Shown one piece after another: positions 28,001 to 35,062 of a DNA stretch of 64,000 bases; position 1 is the stretch's first letter; each line of letters begins with the position of its first letter. A program made the translations under genes and the position numbers. Below the pieces are notes generated by a model, which worked only from the letters and a program-made list of their open reading frames with translations, had not been told where the DNA came from and made no database searches. This stretch comes from Rhodocyclaceae bacterium (GTDB taxonomy: Bacteria; Pseudomonadota; Gammaproteobacteria; Burkholderiales; CAIKXV01), in NCBI GenBank assembly GCA_020248265.1, contig JADCHX010000002.1, positions 384,011 through 448,010 of the forward strand, in the 5' to 3' direction.

Positions 28001-28131
28001 ACCGTCGCGCCGGGCTGTCCTTCGCGTTCGGCGGGGCTGTCCTGCTGAAGCTTGAGCGGCGGCGGTGCGGCTGTATCCAAGGCGGTCTCCGGAGGCGGCT
28101 GCGGCGCACGGGGACTGGCGGCGCATCGCAA
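25096..28131 (-). CDS. Molybdopterin (bis-MGD) oxidoreductase catalytic subunit with no Tat signal (SoeA-like)
   Basis: The N-terminal 4Fe-4S motif is CYMCACRCG...GNPDHPLNKGVICAKG. No twin-arginine motif precedes it. The track start at 28131 is a TTG. A TTG at 28080 preceded by GGAG is an alternative, so the start is uncertain. Confidence 0.9.
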   Translation of the reverse strand: MRCAASPRAPQPPPETALDTAAPPPLKLQQDSPAEREGQPGATVRTRNTTCYMCACRCGIRVTLRNDEVRYIEGNPDHPLNKGVICAKGASGIMKQYSPARLTRPLLRKPGSERGAAAFEVISWDQAFDLMTERLGKIRSTDPKQFALFTGRDQMQALTGLFARQFGTPNYAAHGGFCSVNMAAGMIYTIGGSFWEFGGPDLDRAKLFVMIGTAEDHHSNPLKMALSKFKRDGGKFISVNPVRTGYSAIADEWIPIRPGTDGALMLALCHELIRLGLYDRDFVARYSNAGYLVNIDPASDSHGMTVGGEGLAHMNPFRQHNQLWWDRHTGKPVINHAGDSDPQLFGSFRLHDGTPVKPAFQLLAERLVENTPEWAAGITGIPAETIRRLATELGVMARDHRIELPIAWTDSWGKKHDRVTGNPVAFHAMRGLAAHSNGFQTIRALSILMTLLGTIDRPGGFRHKAPYPRGTPPVIARVPNSPDMVKPDTPLGGAPLGFPAGPDDLFIDAEGRPVRIDKAFSWEHPLAVHGMMHNVITNAWRGDPYRIDTLLMFMANMAWNSSMNTSEVRKMLNDKDPDGQYKIPFIIVCDAFQSEMCAYADLVLPDTTYLERYDAMSLLDRPISEFDGPCDSVRVPVVPPKGDCKPFQDVVVELASRLKFPAFTAADGSRKFKDYKDFVINFQTAPDSGVGFLAGYRGPDGDKALVGEPNPAQWEMYEKNNCVFHYAMPPEHQYMRNWNQGYNDWAVKNKLRLHADPVVIQLYCEVLQKFRLAAQGKGPGTRRPPERLRERVETYFDPLPFWYAPLEAQATDRERYPLNAVTQRPMAMYHSWDSQNAWLRQIHGHNYLMVNPVTAKAAGIADDDWIWVESMHGKVRCLCRYTEAVEPGTVWTWNAIGKAKGAWNLGPEANESQKGFLLNHLISEELPADASGARLSNSDPITGQAGWYDVHVRISKADAGDPEETFPQFAAMPALPGTGSARRGWQAFFAGKGLATEMTAVGRELKKGETR

Positions 28132-28276
28132 CCCCTGATGCTACCGGGCGGCGCGGGGCAGCGTGCTCAGTATCGCTTATGGGGGCATAAGGGCGCCGAT
28201 GTCCGATCGGCGGCAGCACGCCGGCCGCCCGACGCAAACGTGGCGCCTGCCGCCGCCACTGAACGGTCGCGCCGGC

Positions 28277-29137
28277 TCAGCGCAGGAATGCCTTCTGCCA
28301 GCCCTTGTAGTCAGCCACCCGGGTGACCGCGTCCATCTGTTCGACGGTCGCAATCTTCGATCTGAGTTCGGCCGGGGCGCCACCGCCGATCAGGTGGGTG
28401 TACACCTCGGTCAGCGTCTTTACCACCGCGGCGGTCGGATGGTGACCCTGCAGCAGCACTCGCCCGCCGTTGGCCGCGAATTGCTCGCGCGTGATCGTGG
28501 CCGGAGCCGACCCGATGATCACCGGCAGTTGCGTGGCGGCTCGAATGGCAGCCAGCTGGTCAAGACTCTCGAGGCCGACCACGAACACGCAATCGACGCC
28601 GGCTTCGGCATAGGCCTTCAGCCGCGCGATCGCGCCATCGATTCCCTCGCCGCGGATCGCGGAGGTCCGGCCCGCGATCACCAGCGCGGGATCACGGCGC
28701 GCGGCGAGCGCAGCCTTCATCTTGCCGACGCCCTCGGCGATGGAGATGAAGCGCTCGCCGCTGGCACCGAACGGCGTCGGCAGTTCGGTGTCCTCGATGG
28801 AAAGGCAGGACACGCCCGCGTGCTCGCACTCCTCCACCGTGCGCATCACGTTCAGCGCATTGCCGTAACCGTGGTCGGCGTCGACGATCAGCGACAGCTC
28901 GCTGGCGCGCTGGATGCGGCGGATCTGGTCGGCGAACTCGGTCAGCGTGAGCACGATCAGGTCCGGCGCGGCCAGCGTGGTGTTCGACGCAACCGACCCC
29001 GCCAGGATGCCCAGATCGTAGCCGACCGACTGCGCGATGCGCGCGGACAGTCCGTCGAACACGCTCGCTGGCGACTTGCACTCGTGGCCGTTCAGGATCG
29101 CCCGCAGGCGCTGCCGTTGTTCGGTTGCGGTCATCAT
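28277..29137 (-). CDS. Isocitrate lyase/PEP mutase family protein (oxaloacetate decarboxylase/methylisocitrate lyase-like)
   Basis: 286 aa with ATGATG at the start. Family segments are SVFDGLSARIA, IVDADHGYGNALNVMRTV and GVSCLSIEDT. Confidence 0.85.
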   Translation of the reverse strand: MMTATEQRQRLRAILNGHECKSPASVFDGLSARIAQSVGYDLGILAGSVASNTTLAAPDLIVLTLTEFADQIRRIQRASELSLIVDADHGYGNALNVMRTVEECEHAGVSCLSIEDTELPTPFGASGERFISIAEGVGKMKAALAARRDPALVIAGRTSAIRGEGIDGAIARLKAYAEAGVDCVFVVGLESLDQLAAIRAATQLPVIIGSAPATITREQFAANGGRVLLQGHHPTAAVVKTLTEVYTHLIGGGAPAELRSKIATVEQMDAVTRVADYKGWQKAFLR

Positions 29138-29161
29138 GGTCGCGCCCCCCGTTTCGCTCGT

Positions 29162-29743
29162 TCAGGTCGACTGGCGGTCGAGCCACTTGTTCACGACCGG
29201 CATGTTGAAGGTTTCCAGCTGGTCGAGCAGCCTCGCCGGCTCGGTGTCGGTCAGCACCATTCCACGATGCCCGGCGTGCACGAAGCCCTGCACGACACAG
29301 TGATCGAGAAAGGCAAGCAACTGGTCGTAGTACCCGGCCACGTTAAGAAGCCCGCACGGCTTCGAGTGGTACCCGAGCTGGGACCAGGTCAGCACCTCGA
29401 AGAATTCCTCGAAGGTGCCGATGCCGCCGGGCAACGCGATGAACGCATCCGACAACTCGGCCATCATTGCCTTGCGCTCGTGCATCGACTCGACCACGTG
29501 CAGTTCGGTGAGGCCGGTATGGGCGACTTCCTTCTCGACCAGCCGGCGCGGCGTGACGCCGATCACCCGGCCACCGGCGGCCATCGCCGCATCGCCGATC
29601 ACGCCCATCAGGCCGACACGGCCGCCGCCGTACACGAGCGTACAGTCCGCCGCGACGATCTCGCGCGCAAGGCTCTCGGCCGCCGCCCGGTACTCGGGCA
29701 GCAGGCCCGGATTGGATCCGCAGAACACGCATACCGCTTTCAC
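29162..29743 (-). CDS. LOG family protein (nucleotide 5'-monophosphate nucleosidase/cytokinin riboside 5'-monophosphate phosphoribohydrolase family)
   Basis: ORF 29162..29866 trimmed to the GTG at 29743, with a GGAGGAG 8 nt upstream. Motifs are VCVFCGS, YGGGRVGLMG and LPGGIGTFEEFFE. Confidence 0.88.
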   Translation of the reverse strand: MKAVCVFCGSNPGLLPEYRAAAESLAREIVAADCTLVYGGGRVGLMGVIGDAAMAAGGRVIGVTPRRLVEKEVAHTGLTELHVVESMHERKAMMAELSDAFIALPGGIGTFEEFFEVLTWSQLGYHSKPCGLLNVAGYYDQLLAFLDHCVVQGFVHAGHRGMVLTDTEPARLLDQLETFNMPVVNKWLDRQST

Positions 29744-29994
29744 GTCGATTCTCCTCCGGCGTCGGTGCGCGGCGGGCGCGGGCCGTTCCCGGCACGACCG
29801 CCTTTCCGGGACTTTACCGCACGGCGCAGCTTCTCGAACGATTCGATGGGACTGCAGCGCGTGCATGCCGCAGAAATGACTTGTACAGTACCTTCTGCCG
29901 TACCCGCACAGTCACTCGCACGTTCCCTGCCTTCAGCGCCGCAGGTGTCCGTGCAGGCAGTGCGCTCCGCCACCGACCTCTACCGGATATCCCG

Positions 29995-30567
29995 ATGACC
30001 CTCGCACTCGTAATCCTGCTGGCGATCGCCCTCCTGGTCGGCGTGTACTTCGTGATGGTCTACAACGCGCTGGTCCAGGTGAAGCACAACGTATCGAAGG
30101 CCTGGGCGAACATAGAGGTGCTGCTGAAGCAGCGGCATGACGAACTTCCCAAGCTGATCGAGACCTGCAGGCAGTACATGAAGTTCGAGCAGGACACCCT
30201 GCAACGGGTGATCGAAGCGCGCGGCCGCGTGCATGCAGCCACGCAGTCGCAGGACGTCGCTGCGCTCGGTCCGGCCGAGGGCGCGCTGCGCATGGGCCTG
30301 GGCAACCTGTTCGCGCTGGCCGAGTCCTATCCCGACCTGAAAGCCAACGCGAGCTTCCAGCAACTGCAGAGCCGCATCAGCGCGCTCGAGGATTCGATCG
30401 CCGACCGGCGCGAGTTCTACAACGAAAGCGTGAATATCAACAACGTGCGCATCGAGCAGGTGCCGGACGTCTTCGTCGCGCGGCTGTTCGGCTTCACCCC
30501 GTTCAAGCTGCTGGAATTCACGGCTGACGAGACGCACGATGTCGACGTGAAGCAGTTGTTCAGCTGA
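29995..30567 (+). CDS. LemA family protein
   Basis: ORF 29881..30567 trimmed to the ATG at 29995 (MTLALVILLAIALLVGVYFVMVYNALVQVKHNVSKAWANIEVLLKQRHDELPKL). Typical LemA N-terminal TM helix and helical domain. Confidence 0.9.
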   Translation: MTLALVILLAIALLVGVYFVMVYNALVQVKHNVSKAWANIEVLLKQRHDELPKLIETCRQYMKFEQDTLQRVIEARGRVHAATQSQDVAALGPAEGALRMGLGNLFALAESYPDLKANASFQQLQSRISALEDSIADRREFYNESVNINNVRIEQVPDVFVARLFGFTPFKLLEFTADETHDVDVKQLFS

Positions 30568-30610
30568 GCCGGCGGCATCCGCAGAGCGGGGACGGAGACG
30601 GAGACACGCC

Positions 30611-31537
30611 GTGAGCTTGCAAGGCGCCTCGCCGTCGCGGGCCGGTCCTCGGGGACGGTTCGCCTGGGCCAACTGGACCACCTCGTTCGCCCATGTCAGC
30701 CTCCTGGGCATCGCGATCGAGTCCGAGAGCCGTACCGTGGCCGGCGTCTGCCTGCTGGTGATCGCCGCGATCAGTCTGCTGGCATGGGCCGGCAACTACC
30801 GGCGCTGGCGGTTCATCGTCGACACACCCACGTCGCGTATCGACTCCGCCGCGCAGGGATACGTCGAACTTGCGGGTGCTGCACGCTGGCCGGGCGACAC
30901 GCCACTGACCAGCGAACTGGCGGGGGTCCCCTGCTGCTGGTACTGGTTCAAGATCGAGCGGCAGGATGCCAGGGACCACTGGACTCAGGAGCGCGATGGC
31001 GAGAGCTTCGTGCCCTTCGTACTCGACGACGGCAGCGGCCAGTGCGTCGTCCATCCGGCGGAGGCGGAGGTGCACTCGCACCGCCGCAAGACCTGGATCG
31101 AAGGCGACCGTCGGTTCACGGAAGTGACGATCCTGCCCGATGACCGCCTGTATGCGATCGGCGCCTTCTCGACCCACCAGCCGCTGGACGGCGAGGCAGC
31201 CGTACGCGCCGCGATCGCAGCGCTGATCGTGAAGTGGAAGAGCGATCCGCCGGCGCTGCTCGAGCGTTTCGATCTCGACCGCGACGGCACGATCGACATG
31301 GACGAGTGGCAGCTCGCCCGCCAGCAGGCGCGGCGCGAGGTCGAGCGCGAGCGCGAGGGGCGTCCACTGCCGCCGCCGGCGGTGCATATGATGCGCGCCC
31401 CGCAGGACGGCCGCCTGTTCATGCTGTCAAACCTCGACCCGGAAGCCCTGGGCCGACGCTATCTGCACTGGAAGTGGTTACATCTGTGCGCGTTCCTGGC
31501 CAGCCTCGGGATCGGCTGCTGGCTGCTGCTGCACTAG
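30611..31537 (+). CDS. GIDE-domain membrane protein with an internal canonical EF-hand loop
   Basis: GTG start; there is no upstream ATG. Two N-terminal TM helices are followed by a GIDE-like core (AQGYVELAGAA...LAGVPCCWYWFKIE), the loop DLDRDGTIDMDE (nt 31271-31306) and a C-terminal TM helix. The gene is adjacent to lemA. Confidence 0.7.
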   Translation: MSLQGASPSRAGPRGRFAWANWTTSFAHVSLLGIAIESESRTVAGVCLLVIAAISLLAWAGNYRRWRFIVDTPTSRIDSAAQGYVELAGAARWPGDTPLTSELAGVPCCWYWFKIERQDARDHWTQERDGESFVPFVLDDGSGQCVVHPAEAEVHSHRRKTWIEGDRRFTEVTILPDDRLYAIGAFSTHQPLDGEAAVRAAIAALIVKWKSDPPALLERFDLDRDGTIDMDEWQLARQQARREVEREREGRPLPPPAVHMMRAPQDGRLFMLSNLDPEALGRRYLHWKWLHLCAFLASLGIGCWLLLH

Positions 31538-31548
31538 TTGCGCGATTC

Positions 31549-32538
31549 ATGGTCGAATCGCGGGTGCTTCCAGCCTGCGCCACCATGCCACACATGCCGC
31601 CCCCGGGTAGCCCGGATACCGCGGGTACTTCGCTCGCCTCTCCCCGCCTCGCCTCGCTCACCGGCTTCTCCGCCGCCGGCTTTCACCGGATGGCCTATGC
31701 CGAATGGGGAGACCCCGACAATCCACGGGTGGTGGTGTGCGCGCACGGGCTGACCCGCAACGGCCGCGACTTCGACTGGCTGGCGAGGCGCCTGGCACCG
31801 GCCGCGCGCGTCGTGTGTCCGGACATCGTCGGGCGCGGTGCGAGCGACTGGCTGCCGGAGGCGGCACTCTACGGCTATCCCCAGTACCTCGCCGACATGA
31901 ACGCGCTGCTCGCGCGCATCGCCGCTCCACCGTCGCGCGCAGGCCGGCCACTCACGATCGACTGGGTCGGCACCTCGATGGGCGGGCTTATCGGCATGAT
32001 GCTCGCCGCCGCGCCCGGCTCGCCGATCCGGCGCCTGGTGATGAACGATGTCGGGCCGGTGCTCGCCCGCGAGGGACTGACCCGGATCGGCGGTTACGTC
32101 GGCGGGGATCCGCGCTTCGACACGGTCGAAGCGTTCCGCGCGTGGTACGTCAGCCTGATGCAGCCGTGGGGCGCGTCCACCCCTGCACTGCCGGATGACC
32201 GCCTGCAACACCTGGTCGCCCATGGCATGCGCCAGTGCGCGGACGAGGCCGGGCGCATCACCTTCGCGCCCGCCTACGATCCGGCGATCGCGGCCGGCTT
32301 CCGTGGCAAGGTGTTCGAGCGCGACGTCACGCTCTGGCCGATATGGGACAAGGTGTCGATCCCGGTGCTGGTCCTGCGCGGGGGCGACTCCGAACTGCTG
32401 CGCGAAGACACCGCACGCGCAATGGTCGACGGCCACGCGGAGCGCAGCCTGCTGACCTTCGCCGGCATCGGCCACGCGCCGGCGCTGGCCAGCGACGACC
32501 AGATCGAATCGGTCGCCCGGTTCCTGCTGGACGACTGA
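31549..32538 (+). CDS. Alpha/beta-fold hydrolase
   Basis: ORF 31234..32538. In-frame ATGs at 31549 or 31585 both lie after the upstream stop. HGLTRNGRDFDWLA, the nucleophile elbow GTSMGG and the C-terminal GIGHAP are present. Confidence 0.85.
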   Translation: MVESRVLPACATMPHMPPPGSPDTAGTSLASPRLASLTGFSAAGFHRMAYAEWGDPDNPRVVVCAHGLTRNGRDFDWLARRLAPAARVVCPDIVGRGASDWLPEAALYGYPQYLADMNALLARIAAPPSRAGRPLTIDWVGTSMGGLIGMMLAAAPGSPIRRLVMNDVGPVLAREGLTRIGGYVGGDPRFDTVEAFRAWYVSLMQPWGASTPALPDDRLQHLVAHGMRQCADEAGRITFAPAYDPAIAAGFRGKVFERDVTLWPIWDKVSIPVLVLRGGDSELLREDTARAMVDGHAERSLLTFAGIGHAPALASDDQIESVARFLLDD

Positions 32539-32566
32539 CACGGCGCGCCCTGCCTGTCCGCGCCGA

Positions 32567-33643
32567 TCAGTCGTCCAGCGGATCGTGCATCCGCGGCGGT
32601 TCGGTCTCGCTGTTGATCCAGTGCTGCAGCAGCGCGAACGCAAGCGCCAGCAGCGTCGGGCCGATGAAGATGCCGATGAAGCCGAACGCCAGGAGGCCAC
32701 CGAGCACGCCGATGAACACGAGCAGGAACGGCAGGTCGGCACCCCGGCTGATCAGGATCGGTCGCACGACATTGTCGATGCCGCTGATCGCGAACATGCC
32801 CCAGACCACCATGAACACAGCCCATGCCACCTGCCCCTCCGACACCAGCCAGACGGTGGCCCCGATCCAGACCAGTGGCGGGCCCGCAGGGATCATCGAC
32901 AGGAAGAACGTGGCGATGGCTAGCACCAGCGCCGCCGGCACGCCTGCGATCAGGAAACCGATCAGGGACACGGCCGCCTGCGCGAGTGCGGTGCCGATGA
33001 TGCCGAACACGACACTGATCACGGTGTTATGGATGATCTGGACGATGCGCTCGCCCAGTTCCCCGCCCAGGCGCAGTGCGGTCTTGCGCACTGCCCACAT
33101 CAGGCTGTCGCCGTCACGGTACAGGAAGAAGCAGATCAGCACCGCGAGCGACAGTTGAACGAGGCCCTGACCGAGCACCGACCCGACCGCTACCAGCACC
33201 GTACGTGCGGGCTCGATCATCCGCTCAACCAACCGGCGCAGTTCGTCGCGGCTCTCGACCACCTGATGCCAGTAGTCGTCGACCCACTGGCCGATGACCG
33301 GCAGGTGGCGTATCCACTCGGGCAGTTCCGGCGACCCACTCTTGACCAGCCCCGACGCGAAATCGACCAGCGCGCTGACGTTGTCGGTCAGCGCGATGGC
33401 CAGCAGCGCGACCGGGACGATCACCACCAGCGCCAGCAGCGTGGTCATCAGCAGCGAAGCGACTACCGGCCGGTCGCCCACGCGGCGGCGGATGCGCACG
33501 AACACGGGCCAGGTCGTCGTGCACACCACGGCCGCGAACAGCACCGACGCCACGAATGGCGAGACCACGTAGAAGCAGCCCACCACCAGCACCGCGACAC
33601 CGGCGATCTGCGCGTATCTTTCCAGCTGATTGCGTTCCAGCAT
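32567..33643 (-). CDS. AI-2E family transporter (PerM/YhhT-like)
   Basis: 358 aa, polytopic, with a family-typical layout and a GADLPFLLVFIGVLGGLLAFGFIGIFIGP segment. Confidence 0.88.
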   Translation of the reverse strand: MLERNQLERYAQIAGVAVLVVGCFYVVSPFVASVLFAAVVCTTTWPVFVRIRRRVGDRPVVASLLMTTLLALVVIVPVALLAIALTDNVSALVDFASGLVKSGSPELPEWIRHLPVIGQWVDDYWHQVVESRDELRRLVERMIEPARTVLVAVGSVLGQGLVQLSLAVLICFFLYRDGDSLMWAVRKTALRLGGELGERIVQIIHNTVISVVFGIIGTALAQAAVSLIGFLIAGVPAALVLAIATFFLSMIPAGPPLVWIGATVWLVSEGQVAWAVFMVVWGMFAISGIDNVVRPILISRGADLPFLLVFIGVLGGLLAFGFIGIFIGPTLLALAFALLQHWINSETEPPRMHDPLDD

Positions 33644-33777
33644 GACGGGTGGGGCAACGGCTCCTGGCTTGATGTCGCCGCGTGTGCGGCGCAGACTGAC
33701 TTGGTGAAAAGCGGTCCCGGCACACCCGGAATCGCATTCTGCTTCCGATCAATAGCACAACCACCGGGATACTGCCT

Positions 33778-34128
33778 GTGACGATGTCACCCGATGATCC
33801 GCAACCAGTCGACGGCCGGTCGTCTGGCGCCTCGGCCGGCAGCGGCGCGCGCAATCCGCGCGTACAGGTCTTCGAGGCACGGATGGACGGGCGCGGTGCA
33901 TGGCGCCTGGATGAACCCTCCGCCGCGCACGGCTGGCTCGCGTCGATCAAGAAGTTCCTGCTGGTCGCCGTATCGCTGGCGGTTGCCGTTGCCCTCTGGA
34001 TATTCGCCTTCGCGCTCCTGCTGGTGCTGTTGCCGCTGGCCGTAGTCGCGGGATGGTGGATGTGGCGCCGGCTGCAGGCACTGCGCGCTGCCAACCCGGC
34101 CCGGCGCAACGGCGCCGGACCGTTCTGA
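33778..34128 (+). CDS. Hypothetical small membrane protein
   Basis: GTG start and a GC3-biased frame. One long hydrophobic stretch (FLLVAVSLAVAVALWIFAFALLLVLLPLAVVAGWWMW). No family recognised. Confidence 0.45.
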   Translation: MTMSPDDPQPVDGRSSGASAGSGARNPRVQVFEARMDGRGAWRLDEPSAAHGWLASIKKFLLVAVSLAVAVALWIFAFALLLVLLPLAVVAGWWMWRRLQALRAANPARRNGAGPF

Positions 34129-34150
34129 CCGTCCGCTCCGAAAGCCCGCC

Positions 34151-35062
34151 ATGCCTGCAACGCAACCGATGCCCACGATCTCCGTGCTGCCTCCACCGGC
34201 TCCATCGCCTGCTGCTGGACGCGTTGCCGCAGCCGAGCGCCTGGCCAGCGTTTGCTGCGCAGGCGCGCTGCGCCGTCGGCTGCTGGCGGGTTTCACCTTC
34301 GCCATGGTCGCCCTCACTTCGGGCTGCATGACGCTGGAGGGCGGCGAACCCGGGCCCGCAGTCGACGCAGGTGTGCCGGTACGGCCCGGTACCGAACTGA
34401 CCTACCGCACCCGCAACGGTTACAACGACGAGGCGCGCGCCCCCGCGCTGCGGCGTTTCGACGCCGAGGGTTCGCGCCTCGAGGGCATGGCCTACGAAGA
34501 GGCCGGCAGCGGTGGCTTCGGCCGGCCGGTCGCCGCGCTGGTCGCGCAGCAGTTCGACGTACGCGGCGACCTGGTGGCATGGGAACGCGCCGACGGCACC
34601 CGCACCACCTTCGACCCGCCGCTGCGGATACTGCCGTTTCCGCTGGTGCCCGGACAATCGGTACGCCAGGATACGACCGCCAGGGTCGAGGGCGATCCGC
34701 GGCCGCACCGCGTGGTCATGGTCGCGCGGGTCGGCGGATGGGAGACCGTGGACGTCCCGGCAGGCCGTTTCCGTGCGCTGCGCATCACGCGCGACCTGTG
34801 GCTCGGCGACTTCGAGTTCCATCGCACGGAGACCCGCCGCATGGAGATCGACTGGTACGCGCCCGAGGCCGGCGTGGTGGTACGTTCAAGCGAGGACAGC
34901 GGACACCAGGATCTTATGATGGGGCGCAGCCGCTTCGGCGGCGGTGCGACCGTGCGGCGTGGTGACTGGCTGATCCGGGAACTGGACGCAGGCTCCGTCG
35001 GCCGCGTACCCGGCCTCAGCCGCGCGACGCCCAGGAATCCTTCAGCGTCACCGCCCGGTTGA
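34151..35062 (+). CDS. Hypothetical exported protein/possible lipoprotein
   Basis: ATG at 34151. A hydrophobic leader ends in ALTSGC, a non-canonical lipobox. The 3' end overlaps the convergent glnS by 47 nt. No family recognised. Confidence 0.5.
   Translation: MPATQPMPTISVLPPPAPSPAAGRVAAAERLASVCCAGALRRRLLAGFTFAMVALTSGCMTLEGGEPGPAVDAGVPVRPGTELTYRTRNGYNDEARAPALRRFDAEGSRLEGMAYEEAGSGGFGRPVAALVAQQFDVRGDLVAWERADGTRTTFDPPLRILPFPLVPGQSVRQDTTARVEGDPRPHRVVMVARVGGWETVDVPAGRFRALRITRDLWLGDFEFHRTETRRMEIDWYAPEAGVVVRSSEDSGHQDLMMGRSRFGGGATVRRGDWLIRELDAGSVGRVPGLSRATPRNPSASPPG

Noticed and set aside
25096-28131. A twin-arginine (Tat) leader on the molybdoenzyme catalytic subunit, implying a periplasmic reductase such as Psr, Phs or Ttr.
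   Set aside because: The roughly 50 residues preceding the CYMCACRCG motif (MRCAASPRAPQPPPETALDTAAPPPLKLQQDSPAEREGQPGATVRTRNTT) contain no S/T-R-R-x-F-L-K-like motif or hydrophobic h-region. No in-frame extension is available upstream of 28131.
30611-31537. GIDE protein as a bacterial E3 ubiquitin ligase.
   Set aside because: No RING or other Cys/His-rich ligase domain is visible in the translation. Only the GIDE core, TM helices and an EF-hand loop are present.
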